IMG/VR virus record: IMGVR_UViG_2881684137_000004
Coordinates: 128,001 to 192,000 of that record
Length of the DNA stretch: 64,000 nt
Direction: 5' to 3' (one strand)
DNA from: a virus
Taxonomy: Duplodnaviria; Heunggongvirae; Uroviricota; Caudoviricetes
Under the pieces are notes generated by a model. That model saw only the letters and a list, made by a program, of their open reading frames with translations. It made no database searches and had not been told where the DNA came from. This document shows, in pieces, positions 39,162 to 49,512 of this stretch. The first letter of the stretch is position 1; every line of letters begins with the position of its first letter. Both the position numbers and the translations under genes were made by a program.

Positions 39162-39887
39162 ATGATTGAAGAAATGTTATATGGGATTATCTATAAAATT
39201 ACTAATAAAATCAATAATAAATGTTATATCGGACTTACAAGAAAAACCCTAGGTGAACGTATTACGCAACATTTATATACTTGTAGAGCAAAGAAAAGAA
39301 AGAAACACAAAATACATTATGCTATCAATAAATATGGTGTTGATAATTTTTTATTTGAAGAGATTGATCAGGCATTTAGTCTAGATGAATTAAATAAAAA
39401 AGAAATTTTACATATTAAAACTCATGATTCTATTGCAAATGGATACAATATTCTCGAAGGTGGAGGAATAGATGGACATTTAATCTGGCTAGGCAGAACA
39501 CACTCTGAAGAAACAAAAAGAAAAATCTCGAAAGCTCATATGGGGAAAACTTTTTCTAAAGAAACAAGGTTAAAGATATCCAAAACGAGAAAAGATAGAA
39601 AACTCGGTCAATTACCAGGTAAAGATCATCATAGTAGTGTAGAAATTGTACAGTTAGATAAGGATACATTAGAATTAATTGATATATATGATGCAGCGGC
39701 TCAAGCAGAAATTAAATATAGTAAAAACAAAACTCGTTCTGGAGCTATACATAATGTAGTTAGCAAAAATAAAAGCTCTCGTACAGCCTATGGATTTAAA
39801 TGGTTAAAGAAGATCGACTATGATCAAATAAAGAATCATATTAATGAAAATTTATATCTTGAATTAGTAACCAAAATTCGTTCTTAA
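39162..39887 (+). CDS. free-standing GIY-YIG homing endonuclease with NUMOD3 repeats
   Basis: GIIYKITN..YIG..R..H; HSEETKRKISKAH; TAYGFKW. Confidence 0.9.
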   Translation: MIEEMLYGIIYKITNKINNKCYIGLTRKTLGERITQHLYTCRAKKRKKHKIHYAINKYGVDNFLFEEIDQAFSLDELNKKEILHIKTHDSIANGYNILEGGGIDGHLIWLGRTHSEETKRKISKAHMGKTFSKETRLKISKTRKDRKLGQLPGKDHHSSVEIVQLDKDTLELIDIYDAAAQAEIKYSKNKTRSGAIHNVVSKNKSSRTAYGFKWLKKIDYDQIKNHINENLYLELVTKIRS

Positions 39888-39909
39888 TTATTTTATCGTA
39901 TGTAGGTGC

Positions 39910-40240
39910 AGTTAAGAAAGGACAAAGTTTTATATGGGACAGAGAATATGGCCTTACCGATATTCTCCATTCAACAATTGTAAAATAACGTTTTCCCCGT
40001 TAAGGGGCGCATTACAAACAAGGGTGAGACTGACACCTATTCAGTCATTTTTAGTCTTTCGCCATAAGACGCGAACGATACAATTGGTGTTTCGCCACCA
40101 TAAGACGCGAGCTTTAAAATATATCGCGGAAGGGCAACTCGCGCGTACCCGCTTGGGGGCACCCACACCGATTGGGTGAAAAATAATTCCTTTCCTATCC
40201 CACAGGGAGATGATCTCTGTCGCTGCCTTTATCCTTAACT
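39910..40240 (+). ncRNA. candidate large structured non-coding RNA
   Basis: GC-rich, many hairpins, nested long-range complementarity closing the region, internal repeat TTTCGCC(ACC)ATAAGACGCGA x2, directly upstream of tRNA. Confidence 0.45.
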
Positions 40241-40290
40241 TTAAGTCAAGTAAGACCTTTCAGCTAAACCGTAATCCGTTGTAATAGTTT

Positions 40291-40365
40291 AGGTGTCCAT
40301 GTTCCAAGGTTTGGCGATACGATCTCCAAAATCGCATGTGACAGGTTCAATTCCTGTGCCACCTG
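40291..40365 (+). tRNA. tRNA-Trp(CCA), atypical
   Basis: Acceptor AGGTGTC/GCCACCT, anticodon loop CTCCAAA, T-arm ACAGG-TTCAATT-CCTGT; irregular D arm; no encoded CCA. Confidence 0.8.
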
Positions 40366-40391
40366 TTTTTTATAGTTAGCGAGGTGACCAA

Positions 40392-40694
40392 ATGACTGAA
40401 AAAGAGAATTGGGATAGCGAATCAGACGACAATGAGTTTGGTGACACCTTTTTATCTGAGGAAGCTTCAGGCAATATAAATATGATTATCATCCCTGATT
40501 ATAGTCACGATAAAGATGAGTTCATACATACGTGTTTGAGGGTGCTATCTAGATGTAAGACCAATGATGATGCCCTGGAGTTACTTAATAAATTTTATAA
40601 TCAAATTCACATGATTGCGACTATCCAAGCTGAGTCTGAAGCAATCCAAGACAGAGCTGAAAATCTGCGTTTTCTAGTCGAAGAAATACTATGA
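40392..40694 (+). CDS. hypothetical acidic protein
   Basis: 100 aa, GAGGTG RBS. Confidence 0.7.
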   Translation: MTEKENWDSESDDNEFGDTFLSEEASGNINMIIIPDYSHDKDEFIHTCLRVLSRCKTNDDALELLNKFYNQIHMIATIQAESEAIQDRAENLRFLVEEIL

Positions 40695-40895
40695 AAATCT
40701 AATTTTATCTATATTAAAATGCTTGAAACTTTCGGATTGAGGACATTGATCTTCAATCTCTTTGTTTTGTGCATTTGCACAAAATAACAAACAAGTTTAA
40801 ATCTCTAAATTAATTTTAGTGATTACAGGTGAACCTCTCCCTTCGCCTGTTCTTGCTTTTGTTATTAAATAAATTATTTGGGAGATGAAGTACAA

Positions 40896-41786
40896 ATGAA
40901 GAAGAAAGAAGACATAATTAAAAAAAGATGTATTACATGCAATACTGAAAAAGTAGCAAATACTGCATTTTACATGTCCAACAACGATTTTCATAAGATT
41001 GATAAGAGATTCCCAGTTTGTAAAGGATGCGTAAAAAAAACAATCGACTTTACAAATCTAAACACTCTATACGATATATTGCAACAGATGAACAGACCGT
41101 TTCTGATAGAAGTGTGGGAAGCAGCAATATCAGAAGCAGAAAGAAACGACAGGGAACTGTTCGGATTATACCTCAAGTCAGTTTTGCTCAACCACAAGAG
41201 TTTAAATTGGAATGATAGTGTTTTCGATAAAAATATAAGCGATATTCAGAAATCAGATGATTTTAATAAGAACACAGACATTAGCTTTACCGTGACAAGA
41301 GAAATGATTATTAGATGGGGCTCAAACTATGAACCAGAAGATTACATGAACCTGGAGGACTTTTACACCAGGATGCAATTATCTAATAAAATTGAAACTC
41401 CGCAAGAAGAAGCTTATTTAAAAAAATTGGCAGTAATCTCATTAAAAATGGATAAAGAATTGGTTGCAGGCAAGTATTCACAAGTAAAACAGCTTGGAGA
41501 TCTCTTTTCAAAATATATGGCTGACAGTAAATTTAGAGCGTCTGATAAAACAGATGCGGACAAATCTGGTGGCATTAGAAATTTTGGCACTATATATGCT
41601 GAAGTTGAAAAGGACAGTCATATTCCCCCTTGGGAAGAATTTAGACTTGTTAAAAACATTTCACAAGATTTGATTGATAAAACTATTATGCATATTGAAA
41701 ACTTCACTCTAAGACTTAATAAAATTGAACGTATGACTACGCCTCCTGATGATACTCCGAAGCTTCAAGAGGAATTAGAACAATGA
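40896..41786 (+). CDS. YonG-like protein, probable terminase small subunit
   Basis: CITC..CKGC Zn site; overlaps large terminase start. Confidence 0.6.
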   Translation: MKKKEDIIKKRCITCNTEKVANTAFYMSNNDFHKIDKRFPVCKGCVKKTIDFTNLNTLYDILQQMNRPFLIEVWEAAISEAERNDRELFGLYLKSVLLNHKSLNWNDSVFDKNISDIQKSDDFNKNTDISFTVTREMIIRWGSNYEPEDYMNLEDFYTRMQLSNKIETPQEEAYLKKLAVISLKMDKELVAGKYSQVKQLGDLFSKYMADSKFRASDKTDADKSGGIRNFGTIYAEVEKDSHIPPWEEFRLVKNISQDLIDKTIMHIENFTLRLNKIERMTTPPDDTPKLQEELEQ

Positions 41787-43531
41787 CTTCACATAAAAAT
41801 TATAGTCAAAAAATAAGAAGTGAACTAGATGCTCCTGCTTTTTCTTCCCCTGAATCTGTTGAGCGATTGAAGATTAACGATCAAATGATTAAAAGTTTTG
41901 ATCAAGCAAAAGAAAAATGGAGGATGTATTGTAGCTATTTTCGTCATTATCCAGATCACTTTTTAGATTTCATTTCTGATCCTTCTTCTAAAATCAAACC
42001 ATATTTTTATCAACGAGTTTACTTGCGCATAATGCTCAGATATAGAAAAGTTTATTTAACCGCAACACGCGGCACATCAAAAAGCTATCTTCAAAATCTT
42101 GCATACGTACTAAAATGTATTTTTTACCCGAAAACAAGACTGTTTATTTGTGCTCCAGGTAAAGAGCAGGCGACAAAAATCGTGGCAGAGAAACTAGATG
42201 AGATTTTTGACCATTATCCTTTATTGAAAAATGAAGTTAAGGATATAAGTCTTCAAAAGGACTATATTCGCATTATTTTTCATAATGGATCAAGATATGA
42301 TGTTGTACAAATGACTGATGCTGCTCGTGGTGGTCGTCGCTATGGTGGAGCAATCGAAGAAATAGCGGATAAAAAATTTAATGGGGACATTCTAAATTCA
42401 GTTGTTATTCCTTTAATGGCGAATAACAGATCATCAATGAATGGCAAAGTCGATCCACATGAGATTCATAAAAGCGAAATTTATATAACAACCGCAGGTA
42501 CTCAACAACAATTTGCATTTGAAAAGCTACTTGAAGTTTATAAGGAAATGTTAGAAGGCAAGTCGGCATTCTGTATAGGAAATTCATACGAACTTCCTTG
42601 TGATTACGATCAACTTGATATTGACTTTGTTGAAGCTCTCCGCGATTCACCAACGTATTCAATTATGGATTTCATGCGCGAGTACGAATCAATTTGGACA
42701 GGTTCTAGTTCTGATAGTCTTGTCTCAGATGACAAACTAAATAAAACGAGAGTTGTTGGTATTGCTGAATGGGAGCATTGCGGAGATGAAAATGTAATAT
42801 ATGTCCTCTCTTACGATGTAAGTAGAAACGAAGGAGATGAAAATGCCTTATCTTGCTTAGTGGTTTTTAAACTCACACCAAAGAGCAATGGAAACTATAC
42901 GAAGGAAGTTGTTAACATCTTTTCTATGGAGGGGCAACATAGCACTTTACAAGCTAAATTTCTAAAAGAAAAAGTAAAAGAGTTCAAATCTAGGATTTTA
43001 GTGATTGATGCAAATGGACTTGGTGTCTCAGTAGTTGACCAACTAGTATTAGACCTGAGTGATGGTAACCCCCCTTATGCAGTAGTAAATGATGATCGAT
43101 ATGACAAATACAACACCGCGGAAAGTATCCCGATGGTTTTTGCTTTAAAATCACAAAATAAAGAAACACGAGAAAGTGATATGATAAATCATTTAATGCA
43201 AGTGTTTTCTAAAATGGACATAGGGCTACTTAAATCAGCTCATGAGGGAATTAAAGATTATGAGAAAAAACATAAGAAAGTTAAAAATTCAGAAGAACGC
43301 TCTACTTTGGAAATTCCTTATGTTCTAACAGATATCTTATGTGAAGAGATAATGAATTTGAGATATAAACAAAATGGAAACGATACGAAGGTTGAACGAA
43401 TATCTACACGAATAAAAAAAGATAAGTATTCTGCTCTATTGTATGGTCTCTATTGGATATATTTAGAAGAACAGAAGAATAAAGTTATACCTCAAGATAA
43501 TTCAAACTTCTTAGATTATCTTTATGTTTAA
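41783..43531 (+). CDS. terminase large subunit (YonF-like)
   Basis: ATRGTSKS Walker A, RGGR..IEE Walker B, ITTAG, REYES.W, YDVSR, IDANGLG, KDKYSA nuclease motifs. Confidence 0.9.
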   Translation: MTSHKNYSQKIRSELDAPAFSSPESVERLKINDQMIKSFDQAKEKWRMYCSYFRHYPDHFLDFISDPSSKIKPYFYQRVYLRIMLRYRKVYLTATRGTSKSYLQNLAYVLKCIFYPKTRLFICAPGKEQATKIVAEKLDEIFDHYPLLKNEVKDISLQKDYIRIIFHNGSRYDVVQMTDAARGGRRYGGAIEEIADKKFNGDILNSVVIPLMANNRSSMNGKVDPHEIHKSEIYITTAGTQQQFAFEKLLEVYKEMLEGKSAFCIGNSYELPCDYDQLDIDFVEALRDSPTYSIMDFMREYESIWTGSSSDSLVSDDKLNKTRVVGIAEWEHCGDENVIYVLSYDVSRNEGDENALSCLVVFKLTPKSNGNYTKEVVNIFSMEGQHSTLQAKFLKEKVKEFKSRILVIDANGLGVSVVDQLVLDLSDGNPPYAVVNDDRYDKYNTAESIPMVFALKSQNKETRESDMINHLMQVFSKMDIGLLKSAHEGIKDYEKKHKKVKNSEERSTLEIPYVLTDILCEEIMNLRYKQNGNDTKVERISTRIKKDKYSALLYGLYWIYLEEQKNKVIPQDNSNFLDYLYV

Positions 43532-43549
43532 AGGAAAGTAGGTGAAAAT

Positions 43550-45091
43550 TTGTCGAGAAAAAACAAAAGAAAAGACAATCGCACTGCTCAAAATCAAATA
43601 GTTAATGATGTGAATAATACAGATGAAGATTTTAACTATTTTCTAAATTATTCAAAGGCCCTTTCAAGAGCCGTAAGAAATAGTCATTTCTTTGATCCAT
43701 ACTTGCAAAACCAAAATCTAAAGAGTATTAATATGAATCCAACAAAATACTCCAGAGAAGAGATTGATAAGCTAGTAGCCAATCCAGAAAGAAATGAAAA
43801 AGAATTAAGGGAGCTATCAGAGTATATTCAAAACTCGATTATGCAGTTCAAGCGAATAGTCTATTTCTATGGTACTATCTTGACTTTTGATTTCTACCCT
43901 GAGCCAACTAATGCTGATGAAGAGGATATGAGGTCACCTGCTTTCAAAAAAAGCTATAAGAAAATGAACGATTGGCTTGATAAATTTAACCCAAGAAAAC
44001 AATTTTCAGACATTATGAGAGTGATAATGAGAACAGATGTCTCATTTCATTATCTTCGAGAAAGTAAAAATCACATATCACTTCAGGAGATGCCTTACGA
44101 TTACTGTAAGATAGTTGCAAAAACTGATCTAGGTTATCAGTACGCATTTAATATGGCATATTTCTTTCAAGACCAAAAAAGCCTAGATGGATTCGATCCA
44201 ATATTTAAGACATATTTCGAAAGTTACCAACAAACTAGTGAACATAAGAATGGAAACTCATACTGGATAATCCTAGACCCTCTGAAAGCTCCTGTCTTCA
44301 AGTTTGATGAGAATGTCGCAGGTATCGTCTCCCCTTTGCTTGGACTATTGGGAGACAGTATAGATATTGAAACTTATAAGGGCATTTACAAAACTAAATC
44401 AAAACTAGATATTTTGAAGATAATCTTAAATAAAATACCTATGCACAATGATTCAAAAGGCGTACAGGCAAAAAATAACTTTTCTATTGATGCAGGAACA
44501 GCTGCTGAAGCATCTGCAAGAATGCAATTTAAAATAGAAGAAGCAAAAGTCTTGACTTCTCCATTCGAGACAAAAATACATGAGTTTGAACAGAAAAACA
44601 ATAATGAGGCTCAGAGAAGCGCTGGTAATGATACCTTTTTTGATAGTGCAGGAATAAATCCTACTATCTTCGGAAAAGAAACTTCAACATCGCCAGGGAT
44701 TAAAGCTTCCATTCGTACTAGTGAAGCTTTTGTCAGACACATGTATTTTGTTTTTGAGAGATATATTAACGCATTACTGCGTCAAGTAACAGGCAGATAT
44801 CGCTGGAAAATACATTTTGAAGGTACTGAATTTGATCGGGAAGAACGTTTTGAAAGAGCATTGAAAGGTGCTCAGTACGGATTGCCTATTTCATATGCTG
44901 TAGTCGCAAGAGGGTCAACGGTCGATGAGTTTGTGAATTTAACTAATTTTGAGAATGCTTTTGAATTAAAATCTAAACTCATTCCACTTGTATCTTCACA
45001 TACACTTAATGGCAATGAAACTGGTAAGCCTGTTTCTAGTAATGTAAGTGAATCAGGAGAAAAAACAAGAGACTATGAAAGTAATGAGTAA
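43550..45091 (+). CDS. portal protein (YonE-like)
   Basis: 513 aa directly after terminase; C-terminal PLVSSHT..GKP tail. Confidence 0.8.
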   Translation: MSRKNKRKDNRTAQNQIVNDVNNTDEDFNYFLNYSKALSRAVRNSHFFDPYLQNQNLKSINMNPTKYSREEIDKLVANPERNEKELRELSEYIQNSIMQFKRIVYFYGTILTFDFYPEPTNADEEDMRSPAFKKSYKKMNDWLDKFNPRKQFSDIMRVIMRTDVSFHYLRESKNHISLQEMPYDYCKIVAKTDLGYQYAFNMAYFFQDQKSLDGFDPIFKTYFESYQQTSEHKNGNSYWIILDPLKAPVFKFDENVAGIVSPLLGLLGDSIDIETYKGIYKTKSKLDILKIILNKIPMHNDSKGVQAKNNFSIDAGTAAEASARMQFKIEEAKVLTSPFETKIHEFEQKNNNEAQRSAGNDTFFDSAGINPTIFGKETSTSPGIKASIRTSEAFVRHMYFVFERYINALLRQVTGRYRWKIHFEGTEFDREERFERALKGAQYGLPISYAVVARGSTVDEFVNLTNFENAFELKSKLIPLVSSHTLNGNETGKPVSSNVSESGEKTRDYESNE

Positions 45092-45116
45092 CCTGTAAAG
45101 GGGGTGAAAACAAGAA

Positions 45117-46658
45117 TTGAAGGTTAATACAAGCATACCTATTACTTTTGAAAAAACTGGTGACAGTGAAGATTCTAGATTTTCTTATGTGAAAGTTTTT
45201 ATTGCTCACGAAGGATTGAACTTGAACAATAGTCACTTTTCCAAGGCTGTTCTTGATTCAATGTCAGACAGTTTGAGTGGTGTTCCTATTGTGGGTTATT
45301 TAGCAGACAACAATGGAAATAAAGATTTTAGCGGACACGAATCAAAGTTAACCATTACTGAGGACGGAATAGAATACACTTATCTTGGTCAGGCGTATGG
45401 CTTTATTCCGAACGATCACAACGCAAGATTTGAACTAAAAGCATGTGATGATGGCACTGAAAAGAACTATTTAGTTGCTGATGGAATCCTTTGGAACAAA
45501 TTTGAAGATTGTAAAAAGATATTTGATAAGGATGGTATGCGATCTCAATCGATGGAGTTGTTACCTGAATCTGTTGAAGGAAGTTTTAGTGCCGATAAGA
45601 CATTTCATTTTACAAATGCCACTGTTGAAGCACTTTGTATTCTAGGTAAAGATGTTAAACCAGGTATGATGAATGCAACAATCGAAAAATACACATTTTC
45701 TTCACTTAAAGAACAGATTACTAATCTTATGAGAGAATTTAATGTGAGCACTATTGTGAAAGTTGATGAAGATAACGACACAACAACTACCACAATTGAA
45801 GACAATAAAAAAAATAAGGAGGATGAGGTCTTAGTAATGAAAACAAAAGCCGAGATTGCAACAAAATTTAGCCTGACTGTAAATCAGTTATCTGATGAAC
45901 TCGAAAGAAAACTTCAAATCAAAAAATACTCAACCACAAATTGGTATGGAGAACAATATGAAGCTCCAAAGTATTACATGAGGGATTTTGATGATCAGTA
46001 TGTTTATGCAATTGATCGTGAAAATGGATATGTAAACGTTAAAATTCCTTATTCTATGGATGGAGACAATGCTACATACTCTTTTGATGAAACAAAGAAA
46101 ATCAAATATGTCCCCACTGATTGGGATGAAGGTACCGAAGATGTTTCAGAGAATTTCACATTGAAAGTCGTAGAAGAGGGCAAACTTCAGTTTTCACAAA
46201 TCAAAGAAGAGAAAGAGCAGCTTGCTTCTAAGCTGCAAGAAAAAGTGGATTCCCTTTTATCACTCAATGAACAATTTTCTCAAATCAAACAAGAATTGAC
46301 TGATAAAGAAGCATTAATTAGCAGCAAAGATAGTGAGATCACTGCTTTAAAAGAGTTCAAAGAGTCTGTCGAAGTCAAGCAGCGTGATGAGAAAATTGAA
46401 CAAATTTTTGAGAAGTTCTCCAAACACTTGACATCTGATGAGGTAGATAACTTCAAAGGGAAAATTGACACATATAAATCAATCGAAGAGTTTGAAGTAG
46501 ACGTCAAAGTGTTTGTGGCTGATAAAGTAACACTATTCATCAACAAAGAAACATCTACAAACTATAGTACTTTTAATATTAATACTAAAACAAACACAGA
46601 AAATGAATCTGTTCCAAAAAATATTTGGGATAAGCTTGAAGAGAATACTAAAAATTAA
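45117..46658 (+). CDS. prohead protease/scaffold protein (YonD-like)
   Basis: HEGLNLNNSHF, PIVG, SQSMEL, LCILG; C-terminal coiled coil. Confidence 0.75.
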   Translation: MKVNTSIPITFEKTGDSEDSRFSYVKVFIAHEGLNLNNSHFSKAVLDSMSDSLSGVPIVGYLADNNGNKDFSGHESKLTITEDGIEYTYLGQAYGFIPNDHNARFELKACDDGTEKNYLVADGILWNKFEDCKKIFDKDGMRSQSMELLPESVEGSFSADKTFHFTNATVEALCILGKDVKPGMMNATIEKYTFSSLKEQITNLMREFNVSTIVKVDEDNDTTTTTIEDNKKNKEDEVLVMKTKAEIATKFSLTVNQLSDELERKLQIKKYSTTNWYGEQYEAPKYYMRDFDDQYVYAIDRENGYVNVKIPYSMDGDNATYSFDETKKIKYVPTDWDEGTEDVSENFTLKVVEEGKLQFSQIKEEKEQLASKLQEKVDSLLSLNEQFSQIKQELTDKEALISSKDSEITALKEFKESVEVKQRDEKIEQIFEKFSKHLTSDEVDNFKGKIDTYKSIEEFEVDVKVFVADKVTLFINKETSTNYSTFNINTKTNTENESVPKNIWDKLEENTKN

Positions 46659-46677
46659 TAAAAGGAGAGATTAATAA

Positions 46678-47187
46678 ATGAAATATACAGTTGTTAAAAT
46701 TGGAAGAATGGCGTCAACAAATGTCGATGCTTATCTTGAAACAGTTCAGTCTGCAACCCCTATTGAAAATGGATCACATATTGTTCTGGGAGACCTAATT
46801 CCAGGAGGAGATCTTAACACCTATAAAGCTCTTGCTCCAACGGACGTGAATGTTGATGATGTTTTGATTGTCGAAAGTCCTGTGTTAGTCGAAGTTGAAG
46901 GAATGAGAATTGACATTCGTGACCCTCGCAAATTTATCAATGCTAAGGACAGACCACTTCGTGCTCGTCGCCTGAAACAGGGGGATTCTGTAACAATTTC
47001 AATTGATGGGTTTACTGATGTGCCCACTGTTGGTCAGTATGTCGTACCAGTTAACGGCTCCTATAAACTTGCTCCATCGACAACCATCGGCACAAGTAAA
47101 CTAGTATACAAGGTCGAATTAAAAACTTCGATTCCAATTGCAGTTGAATATCTAGAAGCATACAAACTCAAAGTCATTAAATCATAA
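46678..47187 (+). CDS. head decoration/stabilising protein (YonC-like)
   Basis: 169 aa between scaffold and capsid genes; IENG..V.LG motif. Confidence 0.65.
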   Translation: MKYTVVKIGRMASTNVDAYLETVQSATPIENGSHIVLGDLIPGGDLNTYKALAPTDVNVDDVLIVESPVLVEVEGMRIDIRDPRKFINAKDRPLRARRLKQGDSVTISIDGFTDVPTVGQYVVPVNGSYKLAPSTTIGTSKLVYKVELKTSIPIAVEYLEAYKLKVIKS

Positions 47188-47217
47188 AAATAATTTATAT
47201 AATGGAGGAAATAAAAT

Positions 47218-48327
47218 ATGTCAAAGTTTGATATTGTACAAACATCTACTCTGCTGAATTTCAGCAAAAAAGAAGTAGATGTAATTAAAGCAGGTGTTGA
47301 TCTTTACAAGCACTATCTTTTTACCACAAAAGGAAAATTAGAGTATGCTGAATATGCTAAAGATCGCTCATACGAAGAAAAAGAACAGCTTTTTAATAAG
47401 AATCTTATCCAAGAAGCTGTAAAACGTTCTGGTCTAACTTTTGAAAGCTATGATATTAATAAGATTATTCAAAAGCCAGTTATCCAAAACGAAATTTTTG
47501 CCCTGATTTCTGAAACACTTGCAGTCATTATCCCTAATACTGTAATTGATTCATTTGGACCTCTTGCAGAAGTACGGAATGGGAACTGGGGCGATAATTT
47601 TAAATTCTCTATTCCAAACCCAAGTCTATTTAAGGTTAACAGAATGTCAAATGGTCAGCGGCGCGGAGAGCCACAGCGGCTCTATGAAGGTGAAGACTTT
47701 CTGACGCCTGCTCCACGTGAAGTTACTATTCAAGAAGACTTGTATCGAATCCTTGCAGGGAAAGTTAATTGGGGGGATTGGATTACTCGTATTGCGTTGT
47801 CTGTGCAAACGGAAATCAGTACCGAAGTATATCGTCAACTTTATGATGCGTACAACAATCTCATTCCGAACTTTAAAGAAGGCGCATTTAACAAAGATGC
47901 ATTTGTCCAACTTTCTCAACGTGTCAGAGCTGCCAATCGTGGAGCTAAAGCTTCTGTCTTCGGAACACAGTTAGCACTGAGTAAAATTGTTCCTGATGGT
48001 GATTTTTCGAAATATGGATACGTTGGTCTTGGTGAAGAATATAATCGTAACGGCTATCTGAGAGACTTTATGGGTGTTAGTGCATTCATGGTTGAGCAAC
48101 GAATCGTACCTAATGATCCAGAATTCAATTTCTCTATTGAAGATGACAGGCTGTTCTTCTTGAGTTTAGCTACTGACAGACCTGTGAAAATTGGGTTTGA
48201 AGGGGTTCCACAAGTTTTCCAAAGCAATGCTTCTGATCATGCTGATCTCACGCAAGTCTATACTTATGTACATTACTGGGATACAAAAGTTATTACTTCT
48301 AGTAAATTCGGAATTATGCAGATTTAA
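47218..48327 (+). CDS. major capsid protein (YonB-like)
   Basis: 369 aa, strong RBS, followed by terminator; synteny. Confidence 0.8.
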   Translation: MSKFDIVQTSTLLNFSKKEVDVIKAGVDLYKHYLFTTKGKLEYAEYAKDRSYEEKEQLFNKNLIQEAVKRSGLTFESYDINKIIQKPVIQNEIFALISETLAVIIPNTVIDSFGPLAEVRNGNWGDNFKFSIPNPSLFKVNRMSNGQRRGEPQRLYEGEDFLTPAPREVTIQEDLYRILAGKVNWGDWITRIALSVQTEISTEVYRQLYDAYNNLIPNFKEGAFNKDAFVQLSQRVRAANRGAKASVFGTQLALSKIVPDGDFSKYGYVGLGEEYNRNGYLRDFMGVSAFMVEQRIVPNDPEFNFSIEDDRLFFLSLATDRPVKIGFEGVPQVFQSNASDHADLTQVYTYVHYWDTKVITSSKFGIMQI

Positions 48328-48331
48328 TAAA

Positions 48332-48364
48332 AATAGGGATGAGATTGAGAAATCTCATCCTGTT
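48332..48364 (+). terminator. intrinsic terminator
   Basis: GGATGAGATT-GAGA-AATCTCATCC. Confidence 0.7.
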
Positions 48365-48385
48365 AATTAAGGGAGAGTAATATCA

Positions 48386-49060
48386 ATGACAAAAATTGAG
48401 AAACAAGCAAAATCAAAAGTTAGTGAAAATAACATAGATGAAGGTTCAGTTCTTCAGGAAAACGAATCTCTTAAAAAAGAAATCGAAACAATGAAGCAGA
48501 TGCTTAATAATTTTCTTGAAACTCAAAAAAAATCAGAAACTAAAGCTATTGAAACTGTAGTAGAAGAAATAAAAGAAGACGAGTTGCCAATTATTCCTCC
48601 TAATAAATTAATTCATGTAACTAGTTTGTTTAAAGGTGGTATGACTTTAAAGGGAGCAAACAACAACCCGAAGAGATTTGACACTTTTGGTGTGACGTTG
48701 CCAATATCATTTGAAGATATTTCATACATTGTTGGGAATCATAGAAAATTGGCAGAAGAAGGCTGTTTTTATATTAATGATCGAAGTGTAATTAAAGCCC
48801 TTTATCTTGAGGACAGTTACGAGAAAATTTTAAATAAGAACCGAATCGAAGGAATCATGTTACTTACTGAGACTCAGATCAAACAGATTATGGAGATTTT
48901 GCCGAATGGGCAAAAAGAAACCATTGAACAATTCATTGTTGATGGTATCGTCAATAATGATATGACTTATATGAATAAAAATAAGATTTCAATAATTAGT
49001 GAAGCATGCGGTAAAGATATTTGGCGTATCGCTCAAAATAGAATGAGTGATGATCTCTAG
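48386..49060 (+). CDS. virion morphogenesis protein (YonA-like)
   Basis: 224 aa, synteny. Confidence 0.65.
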   Translation: MTKIEKQAKSKVSENNIDEGSVLQENESLKKEIETMKQMLNNFLETQKKSETKAIETVVEEIKEDELPIIPPNKLIHVTSLFKGGMTLKGANNNPKRFDTFGVTLPISFEDISYIVGNHRKLAEEGCFYINDRSVIKALYLEDSYEKILNKNRIEGIMLLTETQIKQIMEILPNGQKETIEQFIVDGIVNNDMTYMNKNKISIISEACGKDIWRIAQNRMSDDL

Positions 49061-49074
49061 TAAGGGTGATATTT

Positions 49075-49497
49075 ATGACACCGTATCAAAATGTATATGA
49101 AAGATTTGCTTTAAAAGTAGAGGATTATTTATTGGATGAACTCTTTTGTTCTTCAGTAACAGATTATGAAAAGTATTTGCTAGGATGGCTAAAGAGTGCC
49201 ATACCTAAATTCTCAAAATGTAAAAACGATTTGAAAGATCGTGATGATAATGAACAAATTTTTAATCAGAAACTTACAGAAAAAGAAGAAGAAGTATTGG
49301 CTTTCTTGATGCAAATTGAATGGTCTGAAAAAGAAGTGAAAAATATTCAGGAAATGAGATTGTATCTTAGTAACAGTGATTTTAAAAGATATGCAGAATC
49401 CAATAATCTAAAAGTTAAGATCGATCTACAGAATCAGCTAATAGAGAGAGCAGATCGTTTCATAGTTGAATATACCTATGATGGCTTTACTTTTTGA
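49075..49497 (+). CDS. head-tail adaptor (YomZ-like)
   Basis: MTPYQNVYERF start, synteny. Confidence 0.6.
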   Translation: MTPYQNVYERFALKVEDYLLDELFCSSVTDYEKYLLGWLKSAIPKFSKCKNDLKDRDDNEQIFNQKLTEKEEEVLAFLMQIEWSEKEVKNIQEMRLYLSNSDFKRYAESNNLKVKIDLQNQLIERADRFIVEYTYDGFTF

Positions 49498-49512
49498 GAG
49501 GGAGGTTGAGGA

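Noticed and set aside
39128-39900. GIY-YIG gene as part of a group I intron
   Set aside because: No P7 GACUA/UAGUC core or interrupted host gene seen; the upstream phosphoesterase looks complete
39934-40179. 81-aa ORF with internal repeat LVFRH(H)KTR
   Set aside because: Weak RBS and atypical composition; the repeat and pairings fit an RNA structure better, though not excluded
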